DNA from: a virus
Lineage: Duplodnaviria; Heunggongvirae; Uroviricota; Caudoviricetes
Length of the DNA stretch: 31,903 bases
Reading direction: 5' to 3' (one strand)
Virus record (IMG/VR): IMGVR_UViG_648276649_000004
The position numbers and the translations under genes are program-made. Of the stretch, positions 18,620 to 27,503 are shown one piece after another (the stretch's first letter is position 1; the number at the start of each line of letters is the position of its first letter). The notes under the pieces were generated by a model. The model searched no databases, was not told the origin of the DNA, and worked only from the letters and a program-made list of their open reading frames with translations.

Positions 18620-18958
18620 CTATTTTTTGGTGCTATAGACTTTTTCGCCCGAGAAGTCTGGAGCGACCCAAAAGTTAATATTAAACTGAGCATCATCGCT
18701 TAGTTCAACACGGTGCCAGTATTGTGGTGGGCTTGTTGCAAAAGCGCCAGCATTAATGACTACTTTTATCTCCGGTTCAGTAGCATTCTCATCAGTAAAA
18801 CCATAATATGTTACAGTGCCTTCCATTACGCACAACTGCCCAAAAACACCTGCTGCTGTATTATGATGTGTTAATAACGCTGAAGGTACGTTCTCTTTTG
18901 TGAAGAACGGAGTTGAGCGTTTGATTACCCAATCTTTAGGAATTCTCTTGTGTGTCAT
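18620..18958 (-). CDS. YeaR-like protein (DUF1971 / tellurite-resistance-associated fold), about 112 aa
   Basis: Similarity by eye to E. coli YeaR (...RSTPFFTKENVP..., ...YWHRVE..., ...FNINFWVAPDF...); start taken at the internal Met, which has a GAGG ribosome-binding site. Confidence 0.7.
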   Translation of the reverse strand: MTHKRIPKDWVIKRSTPFFTKENVPSALLTHHNTAAGVFGQLCVMEGTVTYYGFTDENATEPEIKVVINAGAFATSPPQYWHRVELSDDAQFNINFWVAPDFSGEKVYSTKK

Positions 18959-19771
18959 AACCACCTCATCAAAAACATGCATTATAAATGCGTGTTTTTG
19001 AGGGTTATGTCAAGCTGTTATGAAACACATAATTGATATGTTGATTAGAGGAGAAGATATAATAAATATGGTTGTTTTTCGTATAACTATTTGTTTTACT
19101 TTTAGTTTATGCATTCTGTGTGTTAGGAATAAGTTATTAAAGTTTAATCAAAAAATCTCGATGTAGTCCACATAGATTATTGTTACTGAACCTTATTGTG
19201 TGTATTAGTTGTGTTCTGAAATTTCAGCTTAATTATTTATGATGTATTTTTTAACGATAAATATTTTCCCAGGATACCTTTACTGTGTATATAAATAAAT
19301 TATATACACATAAATAATGTAAAGGCGTCCTTTTAGATATATCTTATCAAATGTTAATGACTTGAGTGGGAAATATGATTCCAGCAACTTATCATGTGGC
19401 TACTTTATAAAAATAATGCCCATATAAAACAACAAGCGAAAAGGATTACGGATAAAAAAGGAGCGAGATGTGCGAACTTGTTATTTTCCATGTTTAACCA
19501 CCTTAAATAATTGATGATGACGGGATGATTGCATCTGTAATGCTTTTATTGAAATGTTATGATAAAAAAGAACTTTTGCATAACATTAAAATGTAATTTA
19601 TCTAATCGTTTTTAATAATAAATGTCGTATTTCTATCCTTGTACCAGCTATTTGATATGTAGTGTTTGTTCATGCTATGTGGGGCTTTACACCATAGCCA
19701 GTTTATTTATACTTTATTCGTCAGCCTGAACAACTGGCATCTGCTGCGCTGCGCCATCGAGAGATTGAGAA

Positions 19772-20371
19772 ATGGCGCATATACAACTGGTCAAACAAAC
19801 TTCTTCTGGTTTACTTCTCCCGGCGACGCCGGAGAGTTGCGATTTTCTGCATCAAATCAAAATAGGTGAGTGGATACACGCAGACTTTAAGCGTGTGCGT
19901 AACTACGCATTCCACAAGCGTTTTTTCAAACTCCTGCAACTGGGATTCGATTACTGGACTCCGGTCGGTGGGGCGATCACGCCTCGCGAACGAGAACTGC
20001 TGTCTGGTTTCGTTGATTACCTGTGCGAATCAGTTGGTCGGGAACACACGCCAGCCCTGAGTGATGCCGCAGAGCAATACCTTAACACCGTTGCGACTCG
20101 TAGAACCCGGGATACGGCGTTGCTAAAGTCGTTTGAGGCTTTCCGCGAGTGGGTAACCATTCAGGCCGGATTTTACACCGAGCATATTTATCCGGACGGT
20201 AGCCGTGGGCGTCGGGCAAAATCCATCGCTTTTGCGAATATGGACGAAGTCGAGTTTCAGCAGGTTTATAAATCTGTACTGAATGTGCTGTGGAACTGGA
20301 TTCTGTTTCGTAAATTCTCCTCTCAGGAGGAAGTTGAAAATGTGGCCGCACAACTACTGGAGTTTGCGTAA
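19772..20371 (+). CDS. Lambdoid nin-region protein (recalled as DUF1367-like), 199 aa
   Basis: First ORF after the AT-rich spacer; its stop overlaps the start of the next gene, as in nin operons. Family assignment is from memory. Confidence 0.5.
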   Translation: MAHIQLVKQTSSGLLLPATPESCDFLHQIKIGEWIHADFKRVRNYAFHKRFFKLLQLGFDYWTPVGGAITPRERELLSGFVDYLCESVGREHTPALSDAAEQYLNTVATRRTRDTALLKSFEAFREWVTIQAGFYTEHIYPDGSRGRRAKSIAFANMDEVEFQQVYKSVLNVLWNWILFRKFSSQEEVENVAAQLLEFA

Positions 20372-20661
20372 TGGTGAATTTACGTAAAGCGGCTAAAGGC
20401 CAGATGTGCCAGATCAGAATCCCTGGCTACTGCAATCACAATCCCGAAACCTCTGTGCTGGCGCATTACAGGCTGGCGGGGACGTGCGGAACAGCGACAA
20501 AACCACACGATATGCAGGCGGCGATAGCCTGTAGCTCATGCCACGATCTAATCGACGGGCGGGTAAAAACCAGCGATTACACCAAAGAAGAATTGCGCCT
20601 GATGCATGCTGAAGGGGTTTTTCGCACACAAGAAATCTGGAGAAAGAAAGGTCATTTATGA
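20371..20661 (+). CDS. YbcO-like (DUF1364) putative nuclease of lambdoid prophages, 96 aa
   Basis: 96-aa Cys/His-rich protein (...CQIRIPGYCNHNPETSVLAHYR...CSSCHDLIDGR...) of the size and pattern recalled for DLP12 YbcO; translationally coupled to both neighbours. Confidence 0.65.
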   Translation: MVNLRKAAKGQMCQIRIPGYCNHNPETSVLAHYRLAGTCGTATKPHDMQAAIACSSCHDLIDGRVKTSDYTKEELRLMHAEGVFRTQEIWRKKGHL

Positions 20662-21200
20662 TTTACCCAACGAATACAGGAAAAAGCGGAGAACACCTTC
20701 GCCTCACCACGCTGGAAAGTGTCTGGATTCAGGGAAAACTACGTATGTGGGGGCGCTGGTCGTATATTGGCGGTGGCAGGTCAGGGAATATGTTCAATCA
20801 GTTGTTGGCATCCAAAAAACTGACGAAAACAGCCATTAATGAAGCCCTGCGTAGAATGAAAAAAGCGGGAATAGAGAAAGCTGAGCTGGAAGCGTTTTTG
20901 CGAGAGATGATCAACGGCAAGCAAAAGAGCTGGCTGGCGCATTGTACTGATGCAGAGGCGTTATGTATTGATCGAGTCATAAGTGAGGTGCTGGCAGAGC
21001 ATCCAGGATTGATTTGCATTCTCCGGCAACGCTATGAAGGGCGGGGGATGACTAAGCGCAAAATGGCTGAATTGCTAAATGATGGACACCCAGAGTGGTG
21101 TTTTAGCACATGCGAAAAACGGATTGCTAATTGGTTAGCTGTTGCTGAGTATGCCCTATATATTCCCATGCGTGAATCATTTGCTGAGAAAATGGCTTGA
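20658..21200 (+). CDS. Putative late-gene antitermination protein Q-like, 180 aa
   Basis: Last gene of the nin-type operon, immediately upstream of an intrinsic terminator and the lysis cassette, which is the Q position; Cys/His-containing C-terminus. Called by position, not by verified homology. Confidence 0.5.
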   Translation: MIYPTNTGKSGEHLRLTTLESVWIQGKLRMWGRWSYIGGGRSGNMFNQLLASKKLTKTAINEALRRMKKAGIEKAELEAFLREMINGKQKSWLAHCTDAEALCIDRVISEVLAEHPGLICILRQRYEGRGMTKRKMAELLNDGHPEWCFSTCEKRIANWLAVAEYALYIPMRESFAEKMA

Positions 21201-21280
21201 TTTCTTACGTATAAACTGCTTCAATTTTGCTATGCTTCGCAAAGCTGTATCGCGAGGCGGATTGCAGACATGGACATCGT

Positions 21281-21308
21281 AAAAAAACCGCTTAATGCGG
21301 TTTTTTTA
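21281..21308 (+). terminator. Intrinsic terminator about 80 bp downstream of the Q-like gene (tR'-like position)
   Basis: aaaaaaaccgc-ttaat-gcggttttttt: a perfect hairpin flanked by A and T tracts. Confidence 0.7.
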
Positions 21309-21627
21309 CGTCAGGAAAGCAGGGGAGAATGCTGCTAGTTGGGCAACTGGTCTTTCTGCTCCAAATTATAACAGAGACCAGTTATAGTTTCGGTGCTGTG
21401 TTTTTTTTACAATATTGTGATAACACATTGCTGGCGGGAGTTTTGATATTTCTTGGCAGGGGCTGATGATGCGTTATCCTGATGTCGTCAACTCATATAA
21501 AATGAGATGAGAGATCATTGCAGGGTGGTTTGTAATTCGCTGTTTAGCGGGACAATATGTTGTCTGATACAAGACACCCGACGCCTCAGATTACTATAAT
21601 AAAGACGAAGCATCCTTTGTATTGACC

Positions 21628-21656
21628 AACCGCCTGTTTAGGCGGTTCTTTTTGGA
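21628..21656 (+). terminator. Second intrinsic-terminator-like hairpin in the Q to lysis leader
   Basis: aaccgcc-tgttta-ggcggtt followed by cttttt. Confidence 0.5.
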
Positions 21657-22242
21657 CTGGTTTATTGTATGCCAAATGATTATTAAAAAGGTTGTGTTAA
21701 TAACAAAATCCGAAATAATATGCCTGCATATTTTTATCTTGCTTATATTCTGCATATTGTGCATAGCAGGCTCATCCCTGCAATCAAAACTGTATGATGA
21801 GTATTTTTTTTTCCTTTTTTCCAGTCATCTGATGATGACCTGCTTCTTTTTAATCCGGATCGACATCAGTTTTTTAAGATAATTCCTGCGAGTTATATGC
21901 ATAAATACCACAAACTCCGCATTTTATGTGGTTGGGAGTTGCCGGGCGCGCAGTGAGTTTGCTAAGAAAACTCCTGCATGGTGAATCCCCCTGTGCGGTG
22001 GGGTGATACCATTAACCTTTTCTGTCGCCGACAGGTATCACGAACATTTTGTTCACCGGGAGGCACCCGGCACCATGCACTTCAATAGATTCTCTCCACA
22101 TTATGGATATTCTTTCAGAATATCCCACGCAGACTTTGTGTAAATGTTAACAAATGTGCGTTTTATTTGATCTGATTCGCTGTTTGAGCGTCCAAAACAA
22201 CGGTATATATAATCCTTTACTATATGACATATGTGAGGAAAA

Positions 22243-22671
22243 ATGGGTTTTCGTAGCGCATCAATTCTTACGTTGATTATTAGTGGGATTATTATCGGGT
22301 GCACTGATGCTGTATCGACAAATTATCATGACCGTACATCATATTACTCCGATAAAGCAATAGAGACACAGTATGTGAGTTCATCTGAACGTACTTCTGA
22401 TGTTAGTGAGGATATCCGTCTGTATGCCCATCAAATCAAGAGCGCCATCGAAAAACAGTTCGGGGATGCGAGTAAGTATTCAGGAAAAGAGTGTACACTG
22501 AGAATGCATATGGCCCCGAATGGCCTTCTACTGGAGGTTAAAAGAGAAAGTGGAGACCTCGATTTATGTCGTGAAGCGATGAATGCGATAAAGAATGCTG
22601 ATATACCTGCCCCCCCTTCGCCGGAAGTATATAAAGTATTTCAAAATGGGGTGCTGGATTTTAAACCCTGA
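22243..22671 (+). CDS. Lipoprotein with a TolA C-terminal-domain (TolA-III)-like region, 142 aa
   Basis: GAGGA ribosome-binding site; signal peptide with lipobox ...IIGC; C-terminal region HQIKSAIEKQFGDASKYSGKECTLRMHMAPNGLLLEVKRESGDLDLCREAMNAIKNADIPAPPSPEVYKVFQNGVLDFKP closely resembles the C-terminal domain of E. coli TolA as I recall it. Confidence 0.7.
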   Translation: MGFRSASILTLIISGIIIGCTDAVSTNYHDRTSYYSDKAIETQYVSSSERTSDVSEDIRLYAHQIKSAIEKQFGDASKYSGKECTLRMHMAPNGLLLEVKRESGDLDLCREAMNAIKNADIPAPPSPEVYKVFQNGVLDFKP

Positions 22672-22821
22672 TATTTATTGTTTTGTAATAAACGGTTTCG
22701 GCTTAGGTTTGTTCTGACACAGCTACGGCACTGAGCTAAATTTAGCGGATAGTCAGCTCTGAGCCAGTGGCGGACGTAACAACTACTATTGCTGAGATTT
22801 TAATGGATTGAGGAGCAAGAA

Positions 22822-23217
22822 GTGGGATTAAAGAAAATCGTTATGTTGACTTTTTGGGTCGGTTTTGTTGCGGGATGCACACCTTTACACCCTTCAGATT
22901 GCCACAAAACTACTGCTACAGGTAGTTGCAGTTCAGGACGCTGGGATGATCAGGATGAATGGGGGGCGCAAGCGCGGGGAATCAGAGCTGCAATTAATGC
23001 CAAACTTGATGAGCCGCATAACTGGAAAGGGAAAAAATGCAGGTTGCATATGGAATTCTCTCAGGATGGCACGGCGTTAAAAATATCTACCAGTAACGGT
23101 GATAAAGCCTATTGCGAAGCGATAAAGTCCGCAGCTCATAAAGCCAAATTTCCGGCCTTCAACAATCCGGAAGTCTACAGAGATTTTCAGAAATCTGGCT
23201 TTGACATGCGAGGTTAG
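22822..23217 (+). CDS. Second, diverged TolA-III-like lipoprotein, 131 aa (GTG start)
   Basis: GAGGAG ribosome-binding site 6 nt before the GTG; lipobox ...VAGC; C-terminal region ...INAKLDEPHNWKGKKCRLHMEFSQDGTALKISTSNGDKAYCEAIKSAAHKAKFPAFNNPEVYRDFQ... follows the same motif order as the upstream paralog. Confidence 0.6.
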   Translation: MGLKKIVMLTFWVGFVAGCTPLHPSDCHKTTATGSCSSGRWDDQDEWGAQARGIRAAINAKLDEPHNWKGKKCRLHMEFSQDGTALKISTSNGDKAYCEAIKSAAHKAKFPAFNNPEVYRDFQKSGFDMRG

Positions 23218-23468
23218 CTCTTCAATTACTATATCTCATTCATAGCAAACTGACAGATTTGATGATGTTCTATATACGAAACCTGTGATGTCAAGTCTGA
23301 GCTAATACAAATAAACATAATATCAGAGAAATACATTTTATTAGCTCGCTACGGCGAGCTTTTTATATTGCATCGTCTCCAGCATATATATCAATTAAGG
23401 CTCTGATTGATGTGTCTGAAAGCCTACACATAATAACTATGCCATCCGTTCCGTGCGGAGGTGAGGCT

Positions 23469-23684
23469 ATGAAATCCATGGACAAAATTTCAACAGACAT
23501 TGCCTACGGCACCTCCGCAGGCAGTGCTGGCTACTGGTTTTTACAGTTGCTCGATAGAGTAACTCCGTCACAGTGGGCTGCAATCGGTGTGCTGGGTAGT
23601 CTGGTATTTGGCCTGCTGACGTACCTGACAAACCTTTATTTCAAGATTAAAGAAGATAAGCGCAAGGCTGCGAGAGGTGAATAA
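23469..23684 (+). CDS. Phage-21-type holin (pinholin S21-like), 71 aa with a dual-start motif
   Basis: Translation [71 protein letters not shown] with two transmembrane segments; MKSM dual start; GGAGGTGAGG ribosome-binding site upstream. Confidence 0.85.
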   Translation: MKSMDKISTDIAYGTSAGSAGYWFLQLLDRVTPSQWAAIGVLGSLVFGLLTYLTNLYFKIKEDKRKAARGE

Positions 23685-24181
23685 TGCCTCCATCATTACG
23701 AAAAGTCGTTGCTGCTGCTATTGGTGGCGGAGCAATTGCTATAGCATCAGTGTTAATCACTGGCCCAAGTGGTAACGATGGTCTGGAAGGTGTCAGCTAC
23801 ATACCATACAAAGATATTGTTGGTGTATGGACTGTATGTCACGGGCATACAGGAAAAGACATCATGTTCGGTAAAACGTATACCAAAGCAGAATGCAAAG
23901 CCCTCCTGAATAAAGACCTTGCCACGGTCGCCAGACAAATTAACCCGTACATCAAAGTCGATATACCGGAAACAATGCGCGGCGCTCTTTACTCATTCGT
24001 TTACAACGTGGGTGCTGGCAATTTCAGAACATCGACGCTTCTTCGCAAAATAAACCAGGGCGATATCAAAGGCGCATGTGATCAGCTACGTCGCTGGACA
24101 TATGCTGGCGGTAAGCAATGGAAAGGTCTCATGACTCGTCGTGAGATTGAGCGTGAAATCTGTTTGTGGGGTCAGCAATGA
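23684..24181 (+). CDS. SAR (signal-anchor-release) endolysin, lysozyme type, 165 aa
   Basis: N-terminal Gly/Ala-rich SAR segment ([20 protein letters not shown]), then a lysozyme-like domain; start overlaps the holin stop. Confidence 0.85.
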   Translation: MPPSLRKVVAAAIGGGAIAIASVLITGPSGNDGLEGVSYIPYKDIVGVWTVCHGHTGKDIMFGKTYTKAECKALLNKDLATVARQINPYIKVDIPETMRGALYSFVYNVGAGNFRTSTLLRKINQGDIKGACDQLRRWTYAGGKQWKGLMTRREIEREICLWGQQ

Positions 24182-24639
24182 ACAGAGTAACCGCGATTAT
24201 CTCCGCTCTGGTTATCTGCATCATCGTCGGCCTGTCATGGGCTGTTAATCATTACCGTGATAACGCCATTACCTACAAAGCCCAGCGCGACAAAAATGCC
24301 AGAGAACTGAAGCTGGCGAACGCGGCAATTACTGACATGCAGATGCGTCAGCGTGATGTTGCTGCGCTCGATGCAAAATACACGAAGGAGTTAGCTGATG
24401 CGAAAGCTGAAAATGATGCTCTGCGTGATGATGTTGCCGCTGGTCGTCGTCGGTTGCACATCAAAGCAGTCTGTCAGTCAGTGCGTGAAGCCACCACCGC
24501 CTCCGGCGTGGATAATGCAGCCTCCCCCCGACTGGCAGACACCGCTGAACGGGATTATTTCACCCTCAGAGAGAGGCTGATCACTATGCAAAAACAACTG
24601 GAAGGAACCCAGAAGTATATTAATGAGCAGTGCAGATAG
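24178..24639 (+). CDS. Spanin inner-membrane subunit Rz (i-spanin)
   Basis: N-terminal transmembrane helix followed by a coiled-coil-rich periplasmic domain; start MNRVTAIIS overlaps the endolysin stop. Confidence 0.8.
   Translation: MNRVTAIISALVICIIVGLSWAVNHYRDNAITYKAQRDKNARELKLANAAITDMQMRQRDVAALDAKYTKELADAKAENDALRDDVAAGRRRLHIKAVCQSVREATTASGVDNAASPRLADTAERDYFTLRERLITMQKQLEGTQKYINEQCR
24398..24580 (+). CDS. Spanin outer-membrane lipoprotein subunit Rz1 (o-spanin), embedded in the +1 frame of Rz
   Basis: Translation [24 protein letters not shown]...PPPPP... has a lipobox and a proline-rich mature region, and lies wholly inside Rz. Confidence 0.8.
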   Translation: MRKLKMMLCVMMLPLVVVGCTSKQSVSQCVKPPPPPAWIMQPPPDWQTPLNGIISPSERG

Positions 24640-24670
24640 AGCTGCCCATATCGATGGGCAGCTCATGCAA

Positions 24671-24964
24671 TTATTGTGAGCAATACACACGCGCTTCCAG
24701 CGGAGTATAAATGCCTAAAGTAATAAAACCGAGCAATCCATTTACGAATGTTTGCTGGGTTTCTGTTTTAACAACATTTTCTGCGCCGCCACAAATTTTG
24801 GCTGCATCAACAGTTTTCTCCTGTCCAATTCCCGAAACGAAGAAGTGATGGGTGATGGTTTCCTTTGGTGTTACTGCTGTCGGTTTGTTTCCAACAGTAA
24901 ACGTCTGTTGAGCACATCCTGTAATAAGCATTGCCAGAGCGGCAGAAAACAACATTTTTTTCAT
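24671..24964 (-). CDS. bor: Bor lipoprotein (lambda Bor / Iss-like serum-resistance lipoprotein), 97 aa
   Basis: Translation MKKMLFSAALAMLITGCAQQTFTVGNKPTAVTPKETITHHFFVSGIGQEKTVDAAKICGGAENVVKTETQQTFVNGLLGFITLGIYTPLEARVYCSQ matches my recollection of lambda Bor; start taken at M17 of the track ORF, with an AGGA ribosome-binding site. Confidence 0.85.
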   Translation of the reverse strand: MKKMLFSAALAMLITGCAQQTFTVGNKPTAVTPKETITHHFFVSGIGQEKTVDAAKICGGAENVVKTETQQTFVNGLLGFITLGIYTPLEARVYCSQ

Positions 24965-25133
24965 CTTATTATCCTGCATTGTTAAAAACGGCAGAATCCT
25001 ATGTGACAACAATTAAACGATAGTTAAATGGATTGATGAAAATTAAAACTATATAGGTGTACGCTCAGACTATTGGAGGAAGTTGGGGACACTCAGAATC
25101 CTGTGGAATGAAATAAACCGGTCTATCCGTCTA

Positions 25134-25328
25134 TTACCCTTTTAGCTGCGCTGTATCGTCGCCGTATTCCCGTATTAACAGAGACCGTAGCCCGACGGGG
25201 AACTCCTTCTGCGCGAGTATGCGGGAATAATCAAAAACGATGCACACCGGGTTTTTACCGCGTTTATGGTTCGCGGGTTTGTCCCTCATGCTCGCCAGTC
25301 CTGTGCGGGGGTGGAAGAAACAGGACAC
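25134..25328 (-). CDS. Hypothetical small protein, 64 aa, between bor and the cos/terminase region
   Basis: ORF only; weak ribosome-binding site. Lambdoid prophages carry small genes in this position. Low confidence. Confidence 0.25.
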   Translation of the reverse strand: MSCFFHPRTGLASMRDKPANHKRGKNPVCIVFDYSRILAQKEFPVGLRSLLIREYGDDTAQLKG

Positions 25329-25454
25329 TTACACAGATTCTTGTGGGCACGATGCTATGCCTTTCTGGATTATCCCGATGCCATTCATGCAAGGCGTTGT
25401 ATCAGACGTTCGTCAGAGCTGTCAGGCTGACGGGTCCTCCCGGTGGGGTGGCCT

Positions 25455-25500
25455 GCCACGGGGCGGGAGCGTCGCGGAAAAAGGCTAGTTTTTGCATTTC
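25455..25500. other. cos-like site (degenerate cosN-like GGGCGG core) upstream of the small terminase gene
   Basis: cacgGGGCGGGAGCGTCGCGGaaaaaggctagtttttgcatttcc resembles the lambda cos junction as I recall it (...cgGGGCGGCGACCTCGCGGgttttcgctatttatgaaaattttcc) and is in the expected position. Confidence 0.35.
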
Positions 25501-25656
25501 CATGGCGGCGGCAGCATGTTTGGTAATTTATTGATAATTAAAAGTTATTTCTCTTTTCAGCTGTACAATATTTTTTTCTCCCTGTCATTAGACTAGTTTG
25601 CAATTAATTGAAATATATAAATAAACCTGATTTTCACCTGCCAGATGGAGTTGCTT

Positions 25657-26184
25657 ATGTCAAATGTGAGCGGGATCGGTGATGCTTATTACTGGAGTGT
25701 TTTTAAAATCGCCGAGGCCTTTGGGCTTCACCGGGACACAGTAAAAAAACGGCTCCTCGCGGCCAACACTCCTGTGGCTGCGACTGTCAGGGGGAACCCC
25801 GTTTACGCCCTGCAGCATGTCGGGCCCGCCCTGTTTAGTGTGAAGCATGAGGCAGCAGACTCTGTTCATGATCCATCCCGTATGGAGCCGAAAGAGAGAA
25901 AGGACTGGTACCAGTCTGAAAATGAAAGGATCAAGCTGGAAAAGGAGCAGCGAAAACTCATCCCAGTTGATGAAGTAGTCATCGTCTATTCGTCCATGAG
26001 AAAGGCTGTCGTCCAGGTTCTGGAGACAATTCCGGATGTTCTTGAACGCGATTGCGCCCTGACTCCTCAGGCCGTCGGCGTTGTACAGCAGGCCATTGAT
26101 GACCTGCGATACACTCTTCAGGAAAAATCCTACGAGGCTTGTGCTGCTGAATTAATTCCTGATGAGGAAGGAGAGAGTCTCTAG
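25657..26184 (+). CDS. Terminase small subunit (Nu1-like)
   Basis: GGAG ribosome-binding site and ATG at 25657; N-terminal HTH-like region and acidic C-terminus; immediately followed by the large-subunit ORF. Confidence 0.7.
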   Translation: MSNVSGIGDAYYWSVFKIAEAFGLHRDTVKKRLLAANTPVAATVRGNPVYALQHVGPALFSVKHEAADSVHDPSRMEPKERKDWYQSENERIKLEKEQRKLIPVDEVVIVYSSMRKAVVQVLETIPDVLERDCALTPQAVGVVQQAIDDLRYTLQEKSYEACAAELIPDEEGESL

Positions 26185-26192
26185 GAGGAATA

Positions 26193-27503
26193 ATGGGTTT
26201 TTCATCAGCCCGAAATTTGGGAAGGGACATATCGGCAGGATTTTCCCCACCACGTCGCATGCCGATTTCGGAGGCTGTTAAAAAATTCATGCGTGTTCCC
26301 AAGGGGGCTGGTAACTCGGTGCCATGGGATCCTGAACTGACACCCTACATCATTGAGCCCATGAACTGCCTGGCATCGCGTGAATACGATGCGGTGATTT
26401 TTGTTGGTCCTGCGCGAACAGGGAAGACCATTGGTCTGATCGATGGATGGATTGTCTATACCATCGTTTGCGATCCTTCGGACATGCTCGTTGTGCAGAT
26501 GACCGAAGATAAGGCCCGCGAGCATTCTAAAAAGCGCCTCGACAGAACGTTCAGAAGCAGTGCGGCGGTAAAGAAAAGAATGAGTCCACGTCGTAACGAC
26601 AATAATGTCCATGATAAGACGTTCAGGGATGGCTCGTTCCTTAAAATTGGTTGGCCCTCGGTCAACATTATGTCGTCGTCGGATTACCGGTTTGTCGCCT
26701 TAACCGATTACGACCGTTTTCCGGAGAATATCGACAGCGAGGGTGATGGTTTCTCCCTGGCCTCAAAACGTACCACCACATTTATGTCCGCCGGGATGAC
26801 TCTGGTGGAGAGCTCGCCGGGACGTGACATCTGCGACAGCAAATGGCGACGTAAGTCGCCTCATGAAGCGCCACCGACGACTGGTATTCTTTCCCTTTAC
26901 AATCGTGGTGACCGCCGCCGCTGGTACTGGCCATGTCCGCACTGCGGTGAATATTTTCAGCCAGCTATGGATGCCATGACCGGCTACCGTAATGAACCGG
27001 ATCCCTTTAAAGCCAGTGAGGCGGCGTATCTACTTTGCCCACACTGCAGCGGCATTATCACTGCGGAGAAAAAGCGTGAGCTCAATAGTGCAGGAGTCTG
27101 GTTGCGTGAAGGTCAGGTCATTGATCGTAACGGCAACGTTTCCGGTGAACCGCGCCGCTCCCGTATCGCCAGTTTCTGGATGGAAGGGCCAGCTGCTGCG
27201 TATCAGGCCTGGGCGCAACTGGTTTACAAATTACTGACTGCAGAACAGGAGTATGAAGCGACAGGAAGAGAAGAAACACTCAGGGCGGTTATCAACACCG
27301 ACTGGGGATTACCTTATCTTCCCCGCGCCAGCATGGAGCAACGAAAAAGTGAACTGCTTGAGCAGCGGGCAGAGCCAGTTCCTTCCCGCAGTGTGCCAGA
27401 TGGCGTTAATTTCCTTGTGGCGACAGTGGATGTGCAGGCGGGACGTCATCGCCGTTTTGTGGTTCAGGTACCGGAGTCGGAAGTTGCCGGACCCTGCAGA
27501 TGA
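26193..27503 (+). pseudogene. Terminase large subunit (lambda gpA-like), C-terminally truncated at about 430 aa
   Basis: AGGAGG ribosome-binding site. The N-terminal ATPase region is present (Walker A-like VGPARTGKT), but the frame ends after ...[18 protein letters not shown], where a full-length lambda-type large subunit would continue for roughly 200 more residues. Confidence 0.75.

Noticed and set aside
21622-21882. 86-aa ORF (MTNRLFRRFFLDWFIVCQMII...)
   Set aside because: It lies in AT-rich leader DNA, starts inside a terminator hairpin, has a low-complexity Phe/Ile/Leu-rich composition and no ribosome-binding site; most likely spurious.
25240-25534. Plus-strand ORFs of 82 and 63 aa across the cos-like region
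   Set aside because: They are GC-rich, Arg/Gly-biased, overlap the putative cos site and have no ribosome-binding sites; the minus-strand 64-aa ORF is kept only as a low-confidence feature.
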